A stretch of DNA of 64,000 nucleotides from Pelomyxa schiedti (Eukaryota > Protista > Evosea), in NCBI GenBank assembly GCA_020536535.1, contig JAHLWZ010000831.1, positions 1-64,000 on the forward strand, read 5' to 3'. The notes below the pieces were generated by a model. That model had not been told where the DNA came from, did not search any database, and saw only the letters and a list, made by a program, of their open reading frames with translations. Shown here piece after piece: positions 37,601 to 48,157 of the stretch. How positions within the stretch are numbered: the first letter of the stretch is position 1; every line of letters begins with the position of its first letter. Made by a program: the position numbers and the translations under genes.

Positions 37601-39292
37601 TGTGTTATTGGTTTGTTTGATTGGCAGGAGATCAGGTATACTTCCAAGATACAGAGTTACAAGTGTCTTGTTTGTTAAAAGTGCCTGCGTAATCATTGTA
37701 GCCCCCTCATCTCCAATTCTGTTCCCTTGTTTGATTTGGTATTGTAATCGGAGGTAATGGAAAAGCGCGTACCAATCAGATATAGACACTTTAGTGACTT
37801 ATTTGTTAAAAGTGACTTCGCAATCCTACCAGCCCCTTCGTCACCGATGTTGTTTCCTTGTTGATTATTGTTGGTTTGAGTGGAGTGCAAGTAAAGAACA
37901 TACCCCCGAGGTTCAGACTCACCAGTGACTCATTTGTTGAGAGCATCTGGGCAATCCTGGCAGCCCCCTCAGTCCAGATATTGTTTGCTTGTTTTATTAT
38001 CGTTATTGGTGGACAATTGGGGCACAAATAAATGACATGCCCTTAAGATCCAGATGGATAAGTGCGTTGTTTGTTGAAAGTGACTGTGCGATTCTTGCAG
38101 CCCCTTCAGCGCCAATGTTGTTTGCTGTTGTTACAGTTGGAGTACCAAATGAATAAAGCGAACGACATACAAGCAAGATTCAGAATCAGCAGTGACTTGT
38201 TTGTTGACAGTGATTGTGTAATCCTTGAAGCCCCCTCTGCACCGATATTGTTATCTTGTTTGATTGTTATTGGTTTATGGGAAATGCAACAGCAAAAGAC
38301 ATGCTTTCAAGCTTCAGAAATACCAGTGACTTGTTTGAGGGAAGTGACTGTGCAAAGCTACCAGCCCCTTCATCACCAATATTGTTATCTTGTTTTTGGT
38401 TAGTGTTGTTACTGTTTCATTGACTCGTTGGAGAGCCAACATACCATAAAGGTTCAAGCTCACAAGTGACTTGTTTGATGAAAGTGCCTGGGCAATTGTT
38501 CCAACCCCCTCGTCACCAATGTTGTTCACTTGTTGTGTTATTGTTGTTGCAATTTTGTTGAGTGCAAGTGAATTGAATGTGTATTCACATACTGGCCAAG
38601 TCCAGGCTCACCAAAGATTTGTTTGCTGAAAGGGCTTGAGCGATCCTTCCAGCCCCCTCAGCTCCAATGTTGTTATCTTGTTTGGTTATATGCCTGGTTG
38701 GGCTGTAGGGCAATGAATAACATACTGGAAATATCCAGACTTAGCAGTGTATTGTTTGCTGAGAGTGTATTTGTGATCTGTGCTACCCCCTCAGCACCAA
38801 AGTAGTTCCCTAGTGTGTGGGAGGTCAGTGATCAAGGAATTGTGTTTGCAAGGTAACAATATACCATAAAGACATAGAGACACCAGTGACTTGTTTGTTG
38901 CAAGAAACCGTGCAATACTTGCAGCCCCCTCAGCACCAATATTGTTATCTTTGATTGATTAGAGTTGTTGTTGTTGAGGGGAGAACAGGTGAACGACGTA
39001 CTGCCGAGATTCACACTTGTCAGTGACTTGTTTGCGGAGATTGCCTGTGCAATCCTTGCAGCACCACCATCACCAAATTTGCTACCTGGTTATGGCGGTC
39101 AGTGCTGTGTGTATCAGGCAGTAAGTAGGTGTATGAAGTACTACCAGAGAGGTCGAGGGTTTGGCATGCACAATCTGGATGCAACAAAGCACCACATATT
39201 ACATCGAGTGGCCCGTCTCTTCCTTGGACTATCACCTTTCGGTGCACCTGCTGCACAGCTTCGTCGCCCATCAGTTTGGACTTGAAATTCAC
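34681..39292 (-). CDS. RI-type (NLRC3-like) LRR protein with a C-terminal PINK1-like kinase fold
   Basis: About 16 repeats of the type NxIGxEGAxxIAQxLxTNKSLxxLxL; kinase GVGSNS, VALKMMFN, HLDIKSDNIL, GGNLHNRAPE, DLWAIGC. It may be two genes. Confidence 0.8.
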
Positions 39293-39640
39293 CGAGGTGA
39301 AAGCTCCGTTCTTCTAACCTTCGCGGGTCCTTATTTCAAGACTAGTGGTGTTTTCAAAGGAAAATCTTTCTGGGCAGACTGTAACGGGTAATAAGGTGGT
39401 TGTACCCTAAAAAAATTTTGTGATCCTCGAGGTTTACGCAGAAAATAAATGATCGGGTACTTGGCTTCTTTCATTGTTGTTTCGATCACGTCTTTGGTGC
39501 TCCTTCTCGTCAAACTGTTCTTTGGTAACTCTCCCTTTTTTCCCCTGCCCCGTCCCCAACAACGAAGAAAGGTCGCCGACGAGAACTCACCGCCGCACCC
39601 AACTTGGTCGACCGCGCAGCCCCCGCGGTACCGCCAAAAA

Positions 39641-41571
39641 ATGCATCGGGCAAGGATCCCTGCCCCACAATTACGTCGGTTGCGAGCGCCGCGTGCCTCC
39701 TTACCCGCGAGGGCCCACAGTCGTCCCAGTCCGCAAGCCTCGGCCCCGTTTCTTGTGATTTGATCGACGGCGCCGCCGTGAAAAATGACGCGACCGTTTT
39801 TTCCTCTTCATCTTCATCATTGGATACCGTCAGCGAAATCCAGCCTGACAAAGCAATGCCTGATGTGAAGAATTTACCAACACAGGGTACCCTCACTGTG
39901 GAACCAGAACCAGATATGCCCACTGCAACGGAACAGAGAACTTCTGATGAGCCAGTTGTCATATCTGACCATTCAACCATTGTGACAGAAGAGGTGACCG
40001 CAAAGCAACCTGCTATCACAGAGGAGACTCCACTGTCAGTGCCCGTCATTGACCAGGCAACCCCTTCAATAGGTCAACCATCAGTGGCCCAGGAACAGTC
40101 TATCCTACTACCGTTACAACCAGATTCTGTCTCCGAAATACCTGAAACTACTCTTGTACCCAAAAAGCCACAAGAAGAAAATTGGGAAACAATAGTAGCC
40201 CAGCAACCCATAGTATGCGAGAAGCCAATTACACTAGGGCAACCTGTTGTTGTAGATAAACCACCAGTGATACTTGAACAACCTGTTATAGTCGAACAAC
40301 CAGTTGAATCTCCAGACATCACACTAAAACCTGTACAAGTTACACTAGAAAGTTCATCACAACAACCAGTGGATATTCCTGAAGAACATGCTCAAATTTC
40401 CAAAACCTTAGCACTCCAAGAACAACCCAAGATCGACATAGTACGCCCACCTGAAGCCACCCTGATACTACCCATAAAAGATGAAACTGCTCTTATACTA
40501 CCAACTATGAGTGATTCAACAGTTCCAAATTTCACACAGGATCTTCCTGCAATTGTCCCGCCTTTTCCTGTAAGTAGTGATCTCTCTGAAAAAGATCAAC
40601 TGCCGCAACTACCCCCAAAACCAGTTCACACCATTGAGCCCGTTCTCCCTCCAAAACCAAAACTAATAGAGGAACCACCACTTCCACCCAAGCCAAAAAT
40701 CTTAACAGAAGGAGAGGTAGAGGAACCTCCCCTCCCTCCAAAACTAATTGAGGAACCACCACCTATACCGGCAAAACCAATCCAATCCATTGCTGCCCAA
40801 ACTATTGTAGATAGTACACCTGACGATAAGCCTCCTCCACTCCCTCCAAAACCAGCAACCACTGTTCCACCAAGTCTGCCACCAAAGCCATCTCACTTAC
40901 GCTCATACTCAACACCACAACAATCTATGGCAGCAAAAAACTGGGGTTCTGCTGTAACCTCAGTTGGAACAGCCGCAAAGCTGGCCAATAAGTCCGTTTT
41001 TATGCCGGCAGCCCAGCGAGCAGTGGCACCCCGGGTATTCTTCCCACTTCCTCTTCACTGTTCTTATTCTAAACAAGAGAAGTGGAGGCACTGACAAGGT
41101 TTAACTCTCCCAGAAAAGGGGAACTTGCTTATTTGTTTTCCTCAACAGATGAGCCTTCTTGTCCAGTGGTGCCAAAGTGTTACCGCTAATTATCAGGATG
41201 TCAAAGTAACAAACATAACAACGGTTTTCCTCAATCCCAAACCCAAAAAAAAAAGCAGCCAGTAACAAAAAAAAACAGAGTTTCAAGGATGGCCTGGCAT
41301 TTTGTGCATTGATACACAGTAAACACCCAGAACTTATTGACTTTGGTTCCCTCAAAAAGGAGAATGCTGCTGAAAACCTAAAAATTGCCTTTGATGCTGC
41401 TGAAACCCTTGGTGTACCGAAATTGGTATGTGATCCTTATCCTCAAAATCACACAACTAACACCCACGATCAAAACAGCTGGAAATAGAAGACATTACTG
41501 AATTGGAGGTCCCAGAGAAACTCAGTATGGCAACTTATTTATTTGAACTACAAAAAGTTTTGGCTAAGTAA
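39641..41571 (+). CDS. Proline-rich protein with a C-terminal calponin-homology (smoothelin/EHBP1/MICAL-type) domain
   Basis: Multiple PPLPPKP motifs; the last exons encode FKDGLAFCALIH, NLKIAFDAAETLG and PEKLSMATYLFEL. Start codon uncertain. Confidence 0.85.
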
Positions 41572-41683
41572 ATAGAAGCACAACTTTTCTTCCCATCATT
41601 ACAATACAAAAAAAACGATTTGGGTTTTGTTTGTTGGAGGAGGGATGGGAGCTGTTTTGCGCTCCTATTCACAACACAGTCCA

Positions 41684-44219
41684 CTAGCCCAAGGAATCCA
41701 ATTCCTGTGTTAACAGTGACAGTCTCTGTGTTTCTTGTTCCTGTTGTCTTTTTAGTCTCTCCTGTGTACAAAGTTACTCCCGAGAAAGTGACTTGACAAC
41801 TGTTGCATACTTTCAGAATGGCGTTGGGTGCTGCCTCCTCCTTGCTTTTGAGGGCCGCAACCTTTGTTTTGATTTCCGCAATTTCAGCAAGGATTGCTGC
41901 TCTTCTTTGTTGATTGGCATCATTCAGTAGTGCAACAACAGCAGTTTGAGGCTGTGGGCTTGGTGGGGGCTGTGGGTGTTGTGCAGTAGGTGGTTGTTGT
42001 GTGGGGTGTGATGTTGCATGAGGTGCGGGTGTATGAACGGAAGGATGCGGTGTTGCCGCTGCCGTGGTGGCTGCTGTTGTTGTGGGCTGTGGGGGCTGCT
42101 GTTGTTGGGAGGGGTGTGGGGAAGGATTGGGAGTAGAGAGAAGAGCTGAGGGACCCTGGGGTACTGTCTTTGGTTGTAGTTGTATTTGTTGGGGGTGGTG
42201 AGGTTGTGCCTGAAGCTCTTGGTGGAGTGGCTTCTTAGGGAGGTCGTGAGGTGGTTCTGGATGTTGTGTTGTGGGTTTTGGTAGAGGTTGTGCTTGCACA
42301 GGTTTTCTATGCTGATGTGATTGGTTCTGGTGCTGCGCAACTGAAATGTTCACCTGTGGTGGCGACTGCAGTACGGTTTGTGGCTGTGAAGGCTGAAGTT
42401 GTGTTTGCGTTGGCGTTTGGGTCTGTATTTGTGTTTGCGGTTGTGGTTGTGACGGTAGGGGAGAGCTGGAAGCTGTGGGCATAGCTTGGGCTTTTTGTTG
42501 TTGTAGAAGCAGTCTTTTCTTCTCCTTTCGTTCAGCTCTCCTTTTTTGGCGTTCAACCTGCTGCTCTGGAGATAAAACATCTGTGCCATCACGGTGACGT
42601 TTTCTACCAGTATCAGCAGAATTGGGATCGTTGGTATGGTGTCTATGCTTATGGTGGTGTGCTGGATTGGAATTTGGTGAGATTGGAGACTGGATGGGTG
42701 AGAGTGGGATGACTGGTGTAGATTGCTGTGGTGTAGGTGGTTGTGTGGGTTGTGCAGGTGAGTGGGGTGGTTGGACTGGAGATGGCAGTGGTCCTTGCTT
42801 GTATGTGGGAATCCTCATTACTGTACTAGGCGATTGGTTTACTGTGTGATGATGTGAGGGATGTTGGGTAGCATTTTGATGAGGACGGTGCTGTGGCTGT
42901 GATGCTGGCGTTTGCACAGGCTGGGCTGGTTTCGGAGTCTGCACTGGTTGATGCACAGTAGGTGGCTCGTTTTCGGCTGGGTAATCGCCCTCTTCAATCT
43001 CTGTGAAAACCAAAATCAGGTGGGTAGGTGTACCCTTCAACGTTTATTTAGGTTTTTTTAGGGCACCTTCTGGTGGAGTGACCGCTTTGAGGATATCCTT
43101 TTCAATTCTTTCGAGCTCTTCTTTCTATTGAAGTCATGGGCCACACATAAAAGTGTCAGATACAAACATTTGGTTTAATTCTCCGGAATGTCTTTGTGTG
43201 TATATTATGGGTTGGAGGCGCTAAACCACTATCTGAAGACTTGATTCCAAGTAAAGGACTACCGGGCATGTGAACCAGAAGCATCTGGTGCCTGCAATCA
43301 GTATAAAATGGGAAAAAGGACTGCAACCTGAGATATATCAGCACTTTTGAACAAGGAGACATTGTCGTGAGTTTTATGAGATTCAATGATGCAGGGCAAG
43401 TCAATTAATTCCATTGGATATGTAACCCCGTTGATAAAGAAGGCTCCTGTTCTGCCATCATCTATACCAAGCCACAATCAATTACAAAAAAAAAAAAAAA
43501 AAGCAAAACAAAACATACAAAACAATGTTCTAACAATAATAGAAAATAAAAAGTAATAATAATAAAAAAAAAGTCATAAATAACAGAAAAAAAAACACAA
43601 ATAAAAAACCAGAATCAAACTCGAGCCTCACGTTGCAATTCCTTTCGCCCAAAACAAACGCCCTCACCTGAGGCGCCACCTCGTCGGGCACCCTCAGCAC
43701 CACCTGCTGCTCCAACGTGGGCCCGTTCCTCGCAAACTCGTCCAGGCTCGCAACCACCGCCCCGCCGCCGTTGCCTCCCCCTCCCCCTCCGCCGCCCCCG
43801 CCTCCGCCGGTCCCCGCCCCGCAGAACGAAGAGGACGACGCGCCCCCGCCTCCAACAAGCCCCGAGCCCCCGCCGCCGGCGGTCGCGGCGCTGGGCGCGC
43901 TGCTCGTCGCGGCCGACGACGGGGGCACTGTGGCAGCTGCAGTGCCTCCTCCTGGGCCACCAACGCCACTTCCGTGGATGATCGGGGGCGGCGGCGCGTG
44001 CCGACTCCTGCCTCCGCCGCCACCGTCGCCCTTTATCTTCACCTGTACTTGCATCTCCTCGCTGTTTCTGCTTGGTTTCACGAGGGCCGCTTTAAAAAGT
44101 AACACTTTCGGTTCCACTTGTGGGACAGAAAATGTTGAGGAGGACTGTGCCCTGCCGCTGAAATAGGCCGGTCCCAGTTTCCTTGCTCCTGTGGTTCCAG
44201 GTTGTGGAAAGAAGGCCAT
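41684..44219 (-). CDS. TAF7: TFIID subunit 7-like protein (TAFII55 N-terminal domain) with a Gln/Pro-rich C-terminal half
   Basis: LEQQVVLRVP, LIDLPCIIESHKT, LFKSADISQMLL, SGLAPPT; C-terminal NAILK|ERL coiled coil. Alternative start at 44054. Confidence 0.85.
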
Positions 44220-44290
44220 GAGGACAAGGGGTGGTGTGCTTAATCCGATTGCCGAATCTAGTGTTAATTGGGGGTACCGAAAAAGTAAAC

Positions 44291-45515
44291 ATGTCAGCAG
44301 CCCGTACCACCGTGTCTTCGGCCGAGAGGTCTTTGAAAGAGAAGTACCAGCTTATAAAACAAAAGAAACAGGTGGGGGTGTTTGTTTGACCTTGTTTCTT
44401 GGTTGTCTCAAGGTATATTTTTCCCCCCGCCCGCAGCTACAACAACAAGCCACGAACCCCGAAGGCAGTGCACAAATAGAAGAATTCAAAAGACTCATTG
44501 CTGCCAGTGGCGTACACTCCGTCATAAGTGCTTAACCTGGGTTCTTACACACTACAGGGCGTGAAGCCGGCTGCTCCTGCGAGAGTTACGAGTGCCGGAC
44601 TGAGGAGACCTCCTCCAAGAATCAAGCCTGTTGGTGTTTCTGAGGTTTTCTTCCACGCCTTTACGTTGCCAAAATTTCTAAGCATTTTTTTTCCTTTTTC
44701 TTTTTTCTTTTTTCAGCCAACTTCTAAGCATCCACGGGTACTTACTCCTTGCTATGGTTTTTTTCAGGAAATAATTTTAATTAGACAACTGATGCTGCAC
44801 ACGTGCCTCCAACAGGGAGTACTCAGCCGCCGCCTGCTACTGCTCCCAGTGACTCGGAGACGACTGTTTATGTTGGAAATATGTCACTGGATACAACGTC
44901 ACAGGATTTGTGTAGTCTATTCGAACCTTTTGGAGAAATTGCATCAATCAAGATGATTCAAGGAAAAACGTACATAATCGTTTCGTGACACACCAACCGC
45001 GACTGTAAACAATCCAATTGAACGATACAAAAGGAAACACTCAATTCACGAAGGTATTCATTTGTAAAATTTACTTCAGTCGAGTCGGCTCAGGAAGCGA
45101 TTAAGACTTTAAATGGAGCCATTCTGAAGGGCAATACCATTCAGACTGATAAAGCGTGGGTAAATCACCTTCTCACATCGCAATGCATGTCTAATTGTGA
45201 ACAGGCTCAAAGAAAACTAACTCCAAAATGGCAAAAACATACCGAAGGTAGTTCCTCTCCATCTCCGCCGTTTTTAGTCTAATCTAAGAGCGTTGGATAG
45301 ACACTCCGGCCACCGCGGATCAATCCACAGCACCCTCAACCACACAACAAACCGAGGGCTATGCCACACAAACCACCCAGCAGAGCACAACAACAACCAG
45401 CGCACCTCCACCACGTGTAAATTCCCATGCCACTCCAACTACCCCACCAAAAAGGTCTGGAGGACCTCAAGAACCCACAGACCGTTCTGCTGTCACCTAT
45501 GATGATTTGTATTAA
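44291..45515 (+). CDS. NELF-E-like RRM protein
   Basis: N-terminal ERSLKEKYQLIKQKKQ...IEEFKRLIAASG; a single RRM (TVYVGNM...FEPFGEI...FVKFTSVESAQEAIKTLNG); C-terminus DRSAVTYDDLY*. Confidence 0.7.
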
Positions 45516-45583
45516 GCTTCCTACACAAGAACCATTTTGTTTCTCCCAGTTTCATGTAATTTATTTTTCGCAATTGTGTGCAA

Positions 45584-46332
45584 ATGGCGGCAGTAACAAC
45601 GCAAGCGGCGAGTTTTGTTCCCATAAGGCTGCAGTTCGTGAGCTTTGGTTACAAGTACGAAAACACGCCAAGGGACACGGTGCAAAACTTTGACCTAAGA
45701 AAGCGCGTGCACCACCCTCAGGTTCGTAATTTTATTGGTGTAATTTGCTGCGGAATAGGGTGGCTGGTTGTTGCCGCGATAGAAAGCGAGAGGCGTTTTC
45801 AGGTGAGCTGTAACTTATTATGGGTGTTTCCGTGTGTGGTGTTTTTTGTTTTTTCTACACCAGGGAGTGCGATTGAAGAATACAAATGGGCTAATGCAAG
45901 AGTATGCAAGGCTGCAGTTTGAGGACCCTGAAGCTGTCAATCAGTTCAATGATATAAAAGCCACAATTGAACATTTGGTGGCAGGTCACCTGCACGGCAC
46001 CGGCAGGAATGAGGAAGATAGTGACGACGACGAGGAGGGAGATGAGGATGAGGAGGATGACGACGGTGATGATACTCCAACTATCAAGATTGGAATCGGT
46101 TGCCACTCAGGGAAGCACAGGTCCGTAGCATTTGCAGAGAGACTTGCAAAGGAGGTCAGTTTATGAACACCGCTTGGTTTTGACCTAACACTCACAATCT
46201 AAGGATTGGGGAGTTCCTGCTGTCGTTTTACACCAAGATATATCCAGTCACAGAGGAAAGAGGAGCACCAATAAAGCACGAAAAACAAGGCAATCTGGTA
46301 GGGACTCCAAGTGTGATGACACGAGATGGTGA
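45584..46332 (+). CDS. Stand-alone RapZ C-terminal-domain-like protein
   Basis: FVSFGYKY...FDLR and IGIGCHSGKHRSVAFAERL match the RapZ/YvcJ C-terminal motifs (SFGFK, DVR, GCTGGxHRSV); the gene has introns. Confidence 0.8.
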
Positions 46333-46502
46333 TAGCCCATCTCATATACACAACCTACGTAATGTTTTGTTATTTGTGCATTTCAATCCTGACCACAGTC
46401 AATGTAATTGCTTGGGAAAAAAATCCTTACAAACAACTCAAATCTACTTCTATGAAAAACGGGTTTTAATTTTCAATTTCGGGTTTTAAAATCTGGCGGG
46501 TG

Positions 46503-47718
46503 ATGTCAGCGACGCCACTGTTGAGTGGCGAAGAGGCCGCGAGTGCATTTTCCTCGTGTAAGATTACGAATGAGATTTGCGACGCCAAAATGGTTGTGGT
46601 TGGAAACACTGGTTTGTTCCGTTTTTTCCCACCCATCTGTAAAAACCAGGCACTTATTTTTCGTTATGCTTCTCAAGCTGTGGGTAAAACGTGCCTCATT
46701 ATGAGATTGGCCACAGGTGTTTTCTTTATTTTCCTTTTCCCCTTGCATCAATGCCGCTGATCCCTTGGCAGGGAACTTTTCCATTAAACATCAACCCACT
46801 ATCGGTGGAGCATACCTCGACAAACAGATGTATCATCAATTATTTTCCTTCTAACTTATCTTACTTGCCCAAGTGAAGTAGAAGGACATCCGGTACACAT
46901 GAAGGTATCATGAACAATAATACTTTTTTAGATAAATAGTCACTTGTGATCAATGCTTGTTAATTTCCAATTATTAAGTTGTGGGATACTGGTATTTCTT
47001 CCTCTTCGAAAATGCACATCACTTGATGGTGCCTATTTATACACAATGTACTCACATATCTAGCCGGGTCAGAGAGGTTTCGTTCTATGCTTCCCATGTA
47101 AGTAATCGTTGTTGTTGTCGTAGAGTCCTTACCAGCACAAGGTACTATCGAAATACCCAAGCGGCATTAATTGTGGTAGGTAGTACATCGTATTTACCTG
47201 AGGCTTTTCTAAATGTTCCTATCCAAGTATGATGTAGCCAATACACAATCGTTCGATGACGTCAAGATCTGGGTTGAAGGTCTGTTGTCTCAATTAATGC
47301 CTCATTTTAATATGCACTAGAGCTCAGAAAATACACCGACGAACATACAGGTACTCGTGAATCCCTCTTTTACAATGAATTAATCCCTCTTTTACAATGA
47401 ATTTATCTGTTGTAGTTATAGCTATAGTCGGAAATAAATCCGATCTTGCAAACAGACTCATTTCACAGGAAGAAGCTGCAAACTATTCAAAAAGGTTTAG
47501 TTGAAGTAAGAATTATTTCTCACAACCCCCACAGCATAAATGCCATGTTTGCCGAGACATCAGCAAAAACTAGCAGTGGTGTAGAGCAGCTTTTTGTGGA
47601 AATTTGTCGGAAAGTGATAGTGGAAACTCGGCGGAAGCAATCCAAGCAAAAAAGACTCAGCACCCCACCCCCAATTCCATCCCCACCACCAGAGGAAGAG
47701 GAGTCCACATGTTGCTGA
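46503..47718 (+). CDS. Rab GTPase (Rab5/22/24-like group), many small exons
   Basis: GNT|AVGKT, PTIG, LWDT|AGSERF, YYRN, GNKSD, ETSAK and a C-terminal CC prenylation motif. Confidence 0.92.
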
Positions 47719-47937
47719 AGTTGTCAGTCACACACCCTTGCTTTATGTCGTAAAGACCCAGCAATCATTTCTATAACACTGTGAATAGGTGGTAATAAAA
47801 CCAATAAAACAATAACCTTTGTGTAGTCCTCTCGGTGTACCTTTAGGAGATCAATTTCTACTTTGAGAACAAATCTTCGGTTGTACAAATTTCTCGGCTT
47901 TTTTTTACGGGTACCAAATAAAAAACAATAAACCGCT

Positions 47938-48122
47938 ATGGCAACAGGTACGTCGCGTAGCCCACGTCGGTTTGGGTGATATGGACCTTTCTCTTTTTAC
48001 ATCTAACGGGGTATAGTGCAGGTGAATTGTAGGCCCGAATGTGACCGCACTGTGGCACATGTGCAAGTGCAGACAGAGGTTGGAGCAAGGCGTCCTGTGA
48101 ACATCTGTTGTAGTGAGTGCTT

Positions 48123-48157
<35 letters not shown>

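Noticed and set aside
36990-39090. Regularly spaced repeats resembling a CRISPR array
   Set aside because: The units are degenerate coding LRR exons with splice sites, and there are no cas genes.
47360-47404. ~22-bp tandem duplication in a Rab intron (and a ~16-bp duplication at about 31621-31653)
   Set aside because: Two-copy slippage duplications in non-coding DNA with no evident function.
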